This document shows positions 1 through 12,808 of a stretch of DNA of 64,000 nucleotides, piece after piece. The DNA is from Octopus vulgaris (taxonomy: Eukaryota), in the NCBI GenBank assembly GCA_951406725.2, contig OX597817.1, positions 54,002,001 to 54,066,000 of the forward strand, in the 5' to 3' direction. The first letter of the stretch is position 1. Every line of letters begins with the position of its first letter. The position numbers and the translations under genes are program-made. Under the pieces are notes generated by a model. The model saw only the letters and a program-made list of their open reading frames with translations, was not told the origin of the DNA and searched no databases.

Positions 1-65
1 GTGTGTGTGTTTTGTGTGTGTGTTTGTGTGTATGTATGAACGTGTGTGTTTGAGCGTGCGTGTGT

Positions 66-96
<31 letters not shown>

Positions 97-478
97 TTGT
101 GTTTGCGTGTATATATGAACGTGTGTGAGCGTGTGTGTGTGTTTGAACGTATGTGTGTGTTTTGTGTGTGTGTGTGTTTGCGTGTATGTATGAACGTGTG
201 TGTTTGAGCGCGCGTATGTGTGTGTGTTGAGTGTGTGTTTGTATGTATGAACGTGTGTGTGTGTGTTCTGTGAGTGTATTTTGTGTGCGTGTTTGTGTGT
301 ATGTACGAACGTGTGTGTTTGAGCGTGTGTGTGTATGTGTGTGTGTGTGTGTGTGTGTTTGTATGTGTGTGTTTGTGTGTATGTATGAACGTGTGTTTGA
401 GCGCGTATGTGTGTGTGTGTTTGTGTGTATGCATGAACGTGTGTGTTTGGCGTGCGTGTGTGTTTTGTGTGTATGTAT
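1..478. repeat. Degenerate (TG)n microsatellite with recurring TATGAACG interruptions
   Basis: Direct inspection. Confidence 0.95.
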
Positions 479-1237
479 GAGGGGAGTCTTTGTGCTTGTC
501 TCCGACGACCACTTCATAATCGGTGTTGGTTTTATTTCTGTCCCCGTAATCTGGCAGTTCGCGAAAAGAGAACGAACGATAAAATAAGTACTGTGGTTGA
601 TTTGTTCAACTAAAACCCTTCATGGTTGTGCCCCAGTATGGCCGCACTCCAGTGACTGGAGCAAGTAAAAGTATGCAAGGAATCATGATGATCAAGGGTC
701 ACATGAAAATGTCGGTTTCAAATTTTGGCACAAGGCCAGATACTTCGGAAGAGGAGCGAAATCGATTACATCGACCCCAGTACTCAACTCGTACTTGGTT
801 TATCGACCCTGAAAGAATGAAAGGCAAAGTCGACCTCGGGGTAATTTGAACTCAGAACGAAGCGGCAGACGAAATACCTATTTCTTTACTACCCACAAGG
901 GGCTAAACACAGAGAGGACAAACAAGGACAGACAAACGGATTAAGTCGATTATATCTACCCCAGTGTGTAACTGGTACTTATTTAATAAACCCCGAAAAG
1001 ATGAAAGGCAAAGTCGACCTCGGCGGAATTTGAACTCAGAACGTAGCGGCAGACGAAATACGGCTACGCATTTCGCCCAGCGTGCTAACGATTCTGCCAG
1101 CTCGCAGCCTTGCATTGCTTTTTAAAATATCGAATGGCTATGAATGTCCAGTGGAGTAAAGTAGGAATCAAAAAAGATCCAAAAGTTAGAAAAAATGGAA
1201 AGAAATGGTTGAGAAACTCTGCATTAGAGTGAAGAAT

Positions 1238-1624
1238 GGATGGAAGCACTCCGTCGGTTACGACGACGAGGGTTCCGGTTGATCCGATCAACGGAACAGC
1301 CTGCTCGTTAAATTAACGTGTAAGTGGCTGAGCACTCCACAGACACGTGTACCCTTAACGTAGTTCTCGGGGATATTCAGCGTGACACAAAGAGTGACAA
1401 GGCCGGCCCTTTGAAATACAGGTACAACAGAAACAGGAAGTAAGCGTGAGAGAAAGTTGTGGTGAAAGAGTACAGCAGGGATCACCACCATCCCTGCCGG
1501 AGCCTCGTGGAGCTTTAGGTGTTTTCGCTCAATAAACTCTCACAACGCCCGGTCTAGGAATCGAAACCGCGATCCTACGACCGCGAGTCCGCTGCCCTAA
1601 CCACTGGGCCATTGCGCTTCCACT
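1238..1624 (-). mobile_element. tRNA-derived SINE family 1, full-length with TSD (other copies about 6638-7290+, 29565-29862-, 44342-44708+, 47665-47950+, 53962-54312-, 61290-61648-)
   Basis: A box TGGCCCAGTGG and B box GGTTTCGATTCC on the - strand; 11-bp TSD GAGTGAAGAAT at 1227-1237 and 1625-1635. Confidence 0.88.
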
Positions 1625-2142
1625 GAGTGAAGAATACAAAACGACTGAAAGAAGAATTTTTAAGCAAAATGTTTGCGAATATGATTGATTGGTTCCTAAA
1701 ATTACGATGTAAAACAGATTTTATTTAACAAACATTGATAACAGATCTTCAGACCTCATGTTGACGGTGATTGATGATACTAAAAGAGAAATGAGACAGA
1801 AGAGTGATGAATTACGATGTACAAGATACATACTTAGCCATTAAAAACAACACGAACGAAAGCTGTTAACCACACGGAAGCTGTTTATTATTTGGTGTCA
1901 AAATTTTCGTTGCACCAAATAATAAATGTTTTGTGCCGTTTTAAATGGCTGTGATTGTTTTAACTTCATCTTGTGGCCATAGATCATATCACTTCCCGAG
2001 TAATTTCGTCTTCGAATTAATGAATTATTTTGGCCAATAAAGACTCTCGTTTAGTTGCAGCATCTGTAATGATGAAGAGGAGAAAACAGATACCAGCCAA
2101 ACCAGAAAACGCTGTTATGGACTTGTCTTTTTTTATCTTTTA

Positions 2143-2547
2143 CTAGGAGTATAGCCCGGCGTTGCTCGGGTTTGTTTTCTTTTCGACCCTTTTGAATTGG
2201 AGTTTTTGAAACGTAAAACTTTTGCATAATGTAACTTGTTATACTCTTTAAGTGAACATTTTTCTGGTTGAAATACACCGAAAAATGGCGACACAGTAGT
2301 TAAAAAAATCGTAAAAAATAGGGATTTTCATAGAAAAAAAGCAACTTTTTGATGTAAATAATTTTTGGTGTTAACATGGTCCGATTTGAATTTTTTCTTC
2401 AACGGAAGGAAGAGCAAGCCTTCTTCTATCATACTCTCAATTTTGGTCAACTTGCGCCGCAGGGTCTCGGAGGAGATAGTGTTAGTTGAAGGCTACCAAA
2501 CCTGCCACGCACGCACGCACACACACACACGCACGCGCGCACGCACG

Positions 2548-2605
<58 letters not shown>

Positions 2606-2625
2606 TTCAGCTTTATATATAAAGA
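2143..2625 (-). mobile_element. Non-autonomous Helitron
   Basis: On the - strand: A|TC start, subterminal hairpin CCCGAGCAACGCCGGG, CTAG|T end; homologous to 36553-36950. Confidence 0.8.
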
Positions 2626-2828
2626 TTTGTTTCAGTGATAGGACTGCGGCCATGTTGGGGCATCGCCTTGAAGAATTTTCTTATTTTCTTCTACTTTTTT
2701 TTTTTAAAGCCTGGTACTTATTCCATCAGTCTCTTTTGCTGAACTGCTAAGTTATGGGGGACATAAACACACCAACACCGATTGTGAAGCTGTGGTGGGG
2801 GACAAACACAGACTCAAACACGCACACG

Positions 2829-2931
<103 letters not shown>

Positions 2932-3168
2932 TCTTTTAGCAGGTTAGTCGCTTTCTCTCTCCTCCTTTCTCTCTATTTGTGCATCTGCAGGTTAGTCTAT
3001 CAAAAGAAGAGGAAGAAGGGGAAGAGGAAAAGGAAGAAGGAGGGGGACAAGAAGAAGATGAAGAAAAAGAAAGCGTTAAAAGCCGTCAATGGAAAACTTT
3101 GTCGTTAGAAGAGACAACCCGAATGAAAAACAATCGAAAATTCCGACGTAAGCAATCAGATATACATG

Positions 3169-3203
<35 letters not shown>

Positions 3204-3416
3204 CATCTGTTGTCCATGCTGACATGGATTGGATTGCTTGACCAAGGCTGGCAAGCTGGAAGGCAACACCAGACTCCAAATCAGACTGGTTTCTAGTGCA
3301 GCCTACCAGCTTGCCAGTCCTTGTCAAACTATCCAAACCATGCTAGCATGAACGGACATTAAATGATGATGATGATGATGATGATATATATATATACATA
3401 CACATTGTCCACTTGT

Positions 3417-3468
<52 letters not shown>

Positions 3469-3560
3469 CAGGAAGCTTTATGAAAATAAACAAAAGACGA
3501 AGACAGGTGGAATACAAACAAACAATTGTATTAGTATGGCGCTCAGGAATATAAATAAAG

Positions 3561-3598
3561 TCTTTTACGTTTCGAGCCTACGCTCTTCAACAGAAAGA
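3561..3598 (-). ncRNA. Hammerhead-like motif, A6>U core variant
   Basis: Reverse complement: TCTTT-CTGTTGA-A-GAGC gtag GCTC-GAAA-CG-TA-AAAGA. A second copy of the same repeat is at 62233-62270. Confidence 0.5.
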
Positions 3599-5271
3599 TA
3601 CACAGAAAAGAAACACAGAAAGAAACAAGGAGAGAAAAAAATATATATATATATCAGTTTACAAGGATCATAGTCAACATGTTTGCACAAAGATGGAGAA
3701 AGACTTCATAAAAATACTTGAATCTACTTCTCGAGAGGAGATAAGATAAATAAATAAATAAATAAATAAACTGGAGCGAGTGGAAGAAGTTTAGCCAAGA
3801 GGTAGTAAAGGATTATTGTGCTTGCATTACACCATAAACTGTATTAATGAAGATATCGTTGAGATTGGTATTAAAAAAACCCCCAGAAAAAACACGAGGC
3901 TCGAGGCTCGATCAAGAGTTCGTTGGCTACTGATGAAAAAAGAACAGCATAAGAACAAACCGCGACCTTTTATTAGCGAAATCTTATCAACGTCTACGAG
4001 CGAGCCTCACTGAGGATATAAATATAGCAAATTGTCTGGCATTGGAAGAACAAATCTAATACAAAAGAATAAAGCTTCTCTTGTGTGAAGAATTAACAGT
4101 TCGTTCTTTTCTACTCTTGGCACATGGCCCGAAATTTGGGGGAGGGGGCCCGGTCGATTAGATCAATCCCCAGTACGCAACTGGTACTTAATTTATCGAC
4201 CCCGAAAGGATGAAAGGCAAAGTCGACCTCGGTGGAATTTGAACTCAGAACGTAACGGCAGACGAAATACCTATTTCTTTACTGCCCACAAGGGGCTAAA
4301 CACATAGGGAACAAATAAGGACAGACAAACGGATTAAATCGATTACATCGACCCCAGTGCGTAAATGGTACTTAATTTGTCGACCCCGAAAGGATGAAAG
4401 GCAAAGTCGACTTCGGCGGAATTTGAACTCAGAACGTAAAGGCAGACGAAATACTGCTAAGCATTTCGCCCGGCGTGCTAACGTTTCTGCCAGCTCGCCG
4501 CATTCAAAATTTGTAATTAATATTCATTTCTACTCTAGGCACAAGGCCCGAAATTTTAGGGGGAAGAGAGCAGTCAGTTAGATCGACCACCTGTACGCAA
4601 CTGGTACTTAATTTATCGACCTCGAAAGGATGAAAGGCAAAGTCGATCTCGGCGGAATTTTGAAAGAATTAACGGTTAATTTGTTATTACAGAATCTAAT
4701 GTTCAAAATATTTGCAACCGGATTAAACCCGTTCCTTTTGATCAGTCGTTTCAACCACTTCTTACCAATGGATTGCTTTGATTAGTATTGTATTCTTCAG
4801 GAGCCCCGTAGCCATTGAATGTTTAAAAACTAGTTTTATAGATATTTCTTTCAACATATTCGCTTGTCTAGGTTTCCTATAGCATTCTCTGAGAGAACAT
4901 GTTTCAGGGACTGGAAGCATGTTAAACTATTTTAAAATTATTTTATTCTTTTATTTGTTTCAGTCATTTGACTGCGGTCATCCTGGAGCACCGCCTTTAG
5001 TCGAACAAATCGACCCCCGGACTTGTTCTTTGCAAGCCTAGTATTTATTCTATCGGCTTCTTTTCGCCGAGCCGCTAAGTTTCAGGGACATAAACACACC
5101 AACATCGGTTGTCAAGCGATGGTGGGGGGACAGACAAACACAAAGACACACACAAATATATATACACCTATATGTATATATACACGACAGGCTTCTTTCA
5201 GTTTCCGTCTAACAAATCCACTCACAAGGCTTTGGTCGGCTCGAGGCTATATACATACATACATACATACA

Positions 5272-5371
<100 letters not shown>

Positions 5372-5659
5372 TATGTGTGTATATGCTTGTGTCTCTGTGT
5401 TTGTCCCCCTCCAACATAGCTTGATAACCGATGCTGGTGTGTTTACGTCTCCGTAACTTAGCGGTTCGGCAAAAAGAGACCGATAGAATAAGTACTAGGT
5501 TTACAAAGAATAAGTCCTGGGGTCGATTTGCTCCAGCATGACCACAGTCACGTGACTGAAACGAGTAAAAGAGAGTAAAAGAGTAAATCGGAAAGTGGTG
5601 GCCAAACAGAAAAGATCCGAGATCGAATCTTTGGACGGAGGACAAATTGGACTTTTGGA

Positions 5660-6085
5660 ACGACGACGACGACAAGAACAAGAACAAGAACAACAAGAAC
5701 AAGAACAACAAGAACAAGAACAACAAGAACAAGAACAATAAGAACAAGAACAACAAGAACAAGAACAACAACATCATCGATGATCAGCGACAACAATGAT
5801 ACAGTAACGGCGACAAAACCGATAACGACGACGACGATGACAATGTCGATAACAACGACAGAGATAACAATAACGGCGATGACAAAGATGACGACGACAG
5901 AGGCAACAACTACAACAACAAAAAATACGAGAACAGCAAAGACAGCGACAAGAACATCAAAAAAAATATCAAATGCAATTACCACAACCACGACCACCAC
6001 CACTACTACTACTACCAACAACACCACCACTACTACTACTACCACCACCACCACTACTACTACTACCACCACCACCACTACTACT

Positions 6086-6133
<48 letters not shown>

Positions 6134-6164
6134 GTTACTACTACTACTACTGCTACTGCTACTA

Positions 6165-6250
<86 letters not shown>

Positions 6251-6268
6251 GCTGCTGCTGCTACTACC

Positions 6269-6340
<72 letters not shown>

Positions 6341-6344
6341 GCTG

Positions 6345-6376
<32 letters not shown>
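5660..6376. repeat. Compound trinucleotide/low-complexity tract: (ACG)/(AAGAAC)/(ACC)/(ACT)n/(GCT)n
   Basis: Direct inspection; produces the poly-T/V/S/L ORFs. Confidence 0.95.
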
Positions 6377-6377
<1 letters not shown>

Positions 6378-9300
6378 AAAGTGATAGGAACTGCAGAGGC
6401 TAACATACCCGTTATTGTTGTAGAATAACAGAATTAAAGATAACAGGAAAATCTTTTCTTTTGTGTTGTTTTGTAGCTCAGGTGAGGCGCGATCCAGCTG
6501 TGACCATTCCATCTGTTATTCAAGCGTAATACGTCTAGTGTTGTTATTTAACTCCAGGCCAGTCCGTCGACTAACAGTGGTCTTTTATCATCTTACGTGT
6601 CATTCTCCTTTTAAACAGTATGGTATAGTTTGAAGGCGTGGAGGTGCAATGGCCCAGTGGTTAGGGCAACGAACTCGCGGTCGTAGGATCGTGGTTTCGA
6701 TTCCTAGACCGGGGGCGTTGTGAATGTTTATTGAGCAAAACACCTAAAAACTCTACAAGGCTCCGGCAGTGGGGAGGAGCGGACCCTACTGAATCGAAAC
6801 CACGATCATATGGCCGCGAGTCCGCTGCCCTAACCACTGGACTATTGCACCTCCACGCCTTCCAAAATATACCAAACCCTTTAAAAAGAGAATGACCCGT
6901 AAGAGATTGTAATCCAAGATACACAGACGTTGTGAGTTGGACCACTGTTAGTCGACGGACTGGCCTGGAGTTAAATAACAACACTAGACCTATTACGCGT
7001 GAATAAAAGATGGGATGGTCACAGCTGGATCGCGCTTCTTTCACACCTAAAGCTCCACAAGACGAACCCTGCTGTACTCTTTCACCACAACTTTCTCCCA
7101 CTCTTTCTTCCTGTTTCTGTTGTACCTGTATTTCAAAGGGGCCAGCATAATCACACTCTGTGTCACGCTGAATCTCCCCGAGATGTGTCCGTGGAGTACT
7201 CAGCCACTTGCATGTTAATTTCACGAGCAGGATGTTCCGTTGATCGGATCAACTGGAACCCTCGTCGTCGTAATCGACGGAGAGCCACGAGTTTGAAGGA
7301 AATACGATTGCTGTTTCTACCAAGACAGGTCATTTCTAATCTTGCATAACAACGAATCAATTATATCTCTCAGTAGTGGTATAAGGGAGACAACTTAGTA
7401 ACAATTTATTTCTCACAGGAGTAACGTCCCATATTTTGCCACCGTAATCGCTATTAGAATTTGTTGTTTAACTCCGGGTTAGACCTGACTGAGCAGACCC
7501 CTGACTCGAGACTTCTCAACCGTGGCCATTCCATCTCTTTTCTTTTTCATTATATATCCTGAGCTACTTGTTTTACGGTGTAACTTCCTTTTTATCAAGG
7601 CAGAACGTGTTGTTATATCTTGTACATCGAATGACCACATAGGGCGTCACAATATTTTAATATTTAGAAGGACCGTATACTTAAATGTTAAGTGTTTTGA
7701 GCCTGGATATAAAGCAGAGCATTGCAATGTTTATATTTGAAGACCAGCAATATAATAGCGATTATAGACGATGCTTTTAAGGATCATTTCTCAAGTGTGT
7801 GTCTCAACGGTATCCGATTCTATTAAGCGGATCAACAACATCACGATGATGTGAGATTGTATTGAGTCCTGGTCACGAAACAAGTTTTTCTGTATCATTC
7901 ATTCCTCGCTTTTAACGAACGTGAGAAAACCAGTGAGGATCATTCTTGAGAGGTTTAATAACATTTTACTGAGGGACTCAATGCTTTCTGAGTTAAGGCG
8001 GCGAGCTGGCAGAATCATTAGCACGCCGGGCGAAATGCGTAACTGTATTTCGTCTGCCGTTACGTTCTGAGTTCAAATTCCGCCGAGGTCGACTTTGCCT
8101 TTTATCCTTTCGGGGTCGATTAAATAAGTACCAGTTACCCACTGGGGTCGATATAATCGACTTAATCCGTGTGTCTGTCCTTGTTTGTCTTCTCACGTGC
8201 GAGTACGCGGGAAGTGATTTAATTTCTGAATTTGAAAAAGGTTGCAGAAACAACTAACCGGGAGCTAAGCTAATCTCTCATGCAATGGTGCTCACCTGGA
8301 AGTGATATAGTTTGATGAATGGATTTAAGAAAGGGAGAGGGAGAGAGAGAGAGGGAGAGAGAGGGAGAGAGAGGGAGAGAGAGAGAGAGAGAATATTATA
8401 CACGCTATAAACTAATGCACAACTTCATTACGATTCGAACCAACATCTGCACGATCAGATTTTTCACAAATAATTTAATATTCTTTTCTACTCTTGGCAC
8501 AAGGCCTGAAATTTTAGGGGAGGAGGCCAGTCGATTACGCAACTGGTACTTAATTTATCGACCCCGAAAAGATGAAAGGCAAAGTCGACCTCGGCGGAAT
8601 TTGAACTCAGAACGTAGAGACAGACGAAATACCTATTTCCTTACTATCCACAGGGGCTAAACACAGAGAGGACAAATAAGGACAGACAAAGGAATTAAGT
8701 CGATTACATCGACCCCAGTGCGTAACTGGTACTTATTTAATCGACCCCGGAAGGATGAAAGGTGAAGTCGACCTTGGCGGAATTTGAACTCAGAACGTAA
8801 CAGCAGACGAAATACCGCTAGGCATTTCGCCCGGCGTGCTAACGTTTCTGCCAGCTCGCCGCCTTTCACAAATAAATTAATGGGAATAATCTGAAGACAC
8901 ATCAATAATGCCAGCAATTTCAGGAGAGGGGGAAAATCGATTACATCGATCCCAGAATTGAACTGTTGCTTATTTTATTGATCCCGAAGTTTGTTTAAAT
9001 CGGGGCCGATTCGGGCATAACAGTAGCACTGAATTCCGCCGAGGTTAACTTTGTCTTTCATCCTTTCGGAGTCAAAAAATTAAGTACCAGTTGCATACTG
9101 GAGGCGATATAATCAACTGGCCCCCTCCCCCAAAATTTAGGGCCTTGTGCCTAGAGTAGAAAAGAATAATATCTATAATTATTTCAAAGTTTTGCACAAA
9201 GACAACTATTTGAGAGGAATGGTAAGTCGGTTATTTTGACCCCAGTTTTTAACTGTTACTTATCTTATCGACCCTGAATGACTGAAAAGCAAAGCTTATC

Positions 9301-10780
9301 TGAGCAGGATTTGAACTTGAAACATAAAGATCCGGAACAAACGACGCAAAGTGATTTTTCTGACGTTTTGTTACAACGGAATATCATGGGACAGTCTGGG
9401 TTAATTTTTTGAACTCGTCCTACACCAGAAACTTATTAAAAGGAAATTGCTATTCGGTAAAGAATCATTGAAAACATATAATATTATTAGGGGGGAAAAT
9501 CATAATTTATATCTGAATGGATTACTTTAACGAAAGATCGGGTCGAGTCTGAAGAAGACAAAGTGTAGTGAAAGAACCGCGAAAGCCAAGAACATTCCAC
9601 TCAACGTCTTCACACATTTGAGAATTTGAAAGGGAAGAAGAACCTACAAAGGTAAATTTAAAAAATAAATACCTCTCGAATTGTCGGAAGATACGGAAGC
9701 AAAGAGAGATAGGTGTTAAAATACGGTTTGCAATAGGATAGCTTGTTAGCCATGAACGATTTTGTCTTTGTGTGTTACCTTTAAACACGAATATTTCTAA
9801 CGAATTAAATTAATTTTTGATTCTCATTATCTCTGGACTGTCTCAAAAATATTTATTCTATCCAGTGATTAGAAAACTAAGTTTGCCGCAAGTATTAATT
9901 CTAAGGTTAAAGAGAATGGGGGGTTAAAACAAAAGGAAAGAATGGATACACTTTCTTTAATGAACTCAATGAGAGAATTACCAGTACCCAAGAATATTGT
10001 TGTATAATAATAATTATTATTTCTGGCCTTTTGCCAAAATGTGAAGCCATAATAATAATAATAATAATAATAATAAGGCGGTGAGCTGACAGACTCGTTA
10101 GAGCGCTGGACGAAATGCTTAGCGGTATTTCACCCGTCGGTACGTTCTGAGTTCAAATTCCGCCGAGGTCGACTTTCCTTTTCATCCTTTCGAGGTCAAT
10201 AAATTAAGTACCAGTGAAACACTGTGGTCGATATCGACCAGTCCCCTCCTCCCAAATTCCAGGCCTTGAGCCTTTAATAGATTACTATAATAATAATTAT
10301 TAAGATGGCCGAGTCGTTACCGCGCTGGGCAAAATACTTAGCGACATTTCGTCAGTCTTAACATTCTGAGTTCAAATTCTACTGAGGTTGACTTTGCCTT
10401 TCGTCCTTTCGGGGTCAATAAAATAAGAACCAGTTGAGTACTGGGGTCGATGCAATCGACAAATCTCCTCGAAAATTCCATGCCTTGTGTCTATCGCACA
10501 AAGGGTATTAAGCCAACAAGCTGGCAGCACGGTTAGCACGTCGGTCAAACTGCTTTGCGGCATTTCGTCCGTCTTAACATTTTTGAGTTCAAATTCCACC
10601 GAGGTCGAATTTGCCTATTATCCTTTCGAGGTCCATAAAATAAGTACCAGTTATGCACTGGGGTCGATGAAATCGACTTTTACCAGCCTCGAAAATTTCA
10701 GGTCCTTTGCCTATAACAGAACTTATTGCAATATCCTTTCAACTTGCCAATTGTATTCGAGTACCCTGTACGTAAGTAAC

Positions 10781-10817
<37 letters not shown>

Positions 10818-10924
10818 GAAGAGTATTGTAGTTTGCTTGAAGCATTGTGTGTTGTTCGTAAAATATAACGTGTCTTGAATGGCACAACAATACAGAGTGG
10901 ACTATAATAACTTATAATTTAACT

Positions 10925-10969
10925 GATATAATAATATTTCGGAATATAAAAATTTCTTCTTCAGATATC
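10925..10969 (-). ncRNA. Minimal hammerhead ribozyme motif (one stem II mismatch)
   Basis: Reverse complement: GATAT-CTGAAGA-A-GAAAT ttttat ATTCC-GAAA-TATTA-TT-ATATC. Confidence 0.6.
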
Positions 10970-11194
10970 GCTAAGAGTTGATCGAGTCCCTGCTAAATAT
11001 ATATTATAAGTTATTATAGTCCTACTCTGTATTGTTGTGCCATTCAAGACACGTTATATTTTACTTATAATAATAATAATAATAGATTCTGAAAACCTCG
11101 CTTCTTTAAATTCGATCAAAACCGGTCCATGCCAAGTTTTCTCTGTGTTTTCAAAGTTCTCCAGAATTCCTTTCTTAATGCATTCTTGTAGGGT

Positions 11195-11432
11195 TCTATC
11201 TATCTATCCGCTCAGTCGAAGTCGACACTCGGTTACTCGATGGATCAGTTTCCTCCAGTCAGTTCTATCCCGGGCCGCTTCTTTCAGATTGGCTATGTCC
11301 ATTCCGGTATCACTCTTGATGGTGTCAAGCCAGCGGGTTCTTGGTCGGCCTCTTCCTCTCTTGCCACTGACCATTCCGAGCATGATGTCCTTTTCCAGGG
11401 ATTTTCTCCGCATAATATGACCGAAATATGCC
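11195..11432 (-). mobile_element. 5'-truncated RTE-clade LINE, 3' end of the ORF
   Basis: YFGHIMRRKSLEKDIMLGMVSGKRGRGRPRTRWLD...ARDRTDWRKLIHRVT is the typical RTE/BovB-like C-terminus; (ATAG)n tail. Confidence 0.9.
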
Positions 11433-12573
11433 ATTACCACCTTACTAAATGGACTTTCTTATTCAGGCTTTTAGCATCTTGTACTTGTTTGTCATTATAC
11501 TGCGACCATGTTGGAGTACCGCCTTAGCGAGTTTTTAGTCGAATGAATCGATCCTGGTACTTATTGTCCTAAAGTATGGTAATTATTTTCTCAGTTTCAT
11601 TTGCCGAAACGCTAGGTTAAGGGTACGTAAACCTATCAACACCGATTGTCAAGCGGTGTCAGGGGACAGACAAGAAGACACTCAGTCACGCATACACGAC
11701 AGGCTTCTTTCAGTTTCCATCTACCAAATCCATGCACAAGGCTTTGGTTGGCCCGAGGCTATCGCAGAAGACACCTGCCCAACGTGCCACGCAGTGAGAC
11801 TGAACCCGGAACCATGTGGTTGGGAATCAGGCTACTTAACACACAAACACACCTGCACTTAATCTATAAAAAAAAAATGCAGCCAAGCACGGGATTATGT
11901 GGGTCTAGCGACTCAAAGAAACAATCCCCCAACTCTGCAAAACTTCCTGAATATCTTTTGCTTAGAGATCTGCTGGATGAAGGCAAACCTTGGTTAAACC
12001 ATAAAATAAACTGAAACTTTCCCAGGTACTATAGCTGACTGATTATGAAGTCTAACATTGAACACGGCTGGTTATTGTTGCTGCCTATTTTCTGAAGACA
12101 CAGTAAGTATGGAGCTGTCTTATCAGCTCGAACTAGTTTTCTTGATAAACTGTTATCGGTGTTGAAGTTGACAATTGTCCATTTGGAAGAGGAGAGAATG
12201 TCAAACAGTGATATCGCGATCAAAGTTCTTAATGCATTTTAAACAAAAATTTAGACTTTGGTTAACACTTCAAATAATTACAGTTTTACTGTTTTGTAAA
12301 TAACATTTTAGATTTTATATCTATAATAATTTAGTGTTCATAATTTGTATAGCCCTAGGTCGTTCTGATTAAGCAGACCTTATGATTAACACGTTAACCG
12401 CTACGGCCTGTTACTGGAACTTAATGGTGGTACAACGCATTTCGTGCGCTATTACTGTCTACGTTTAATTACAGGGAATTGTAATTTTTATATTTTTTTT
12501 TTTTACAATAGTTCATAATTAAACTTCAATATTTAGAACGTAGGATATTTAAATGTGCTCGAAACCATGTTAT

Positions 12574-12808
12574 CCCTTTAGTGCCCGAAATATATTTTTG
12601 AAGTCTTTTGTTATTTTTACTTACGTTGTATACTTTCTGCATTTTAGAAGTTTACAACAAAATTTTATGAACATTGTCAAATATGGCTCGATGAATTATT
12701 TATCTTCAGAAAGGTTTTTGATGCCTAAATTCGTGAAATTATTTTATATGAATAATTTTGTCTGAAACAAAAAAGCGCATGATAAATCATACGCTGGGCA
12801 TTAATGGG
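12574..12808. mobile_element. piggyBac-like MITE remnant
   Basis: TTAT|CCCTTTAGTGCCC ... GGGCATTAATGGG|TTAA (11/13 TIR match). Confidence 0.45.

Noticed and set aside
5548-6428. Long poly-Thr/Val/Ser/Leu ORFs (mucin-like appearance)
   Set aside because: They are open in several frames on both strands because of trinucleotide repeats, and I found no splice or domain evidence.
12094-12241. Possible terminal exon (HSKYGAVLSARTSFLDKLL...NAF*)
   Set aside because: No partner exons or family resemblance found.
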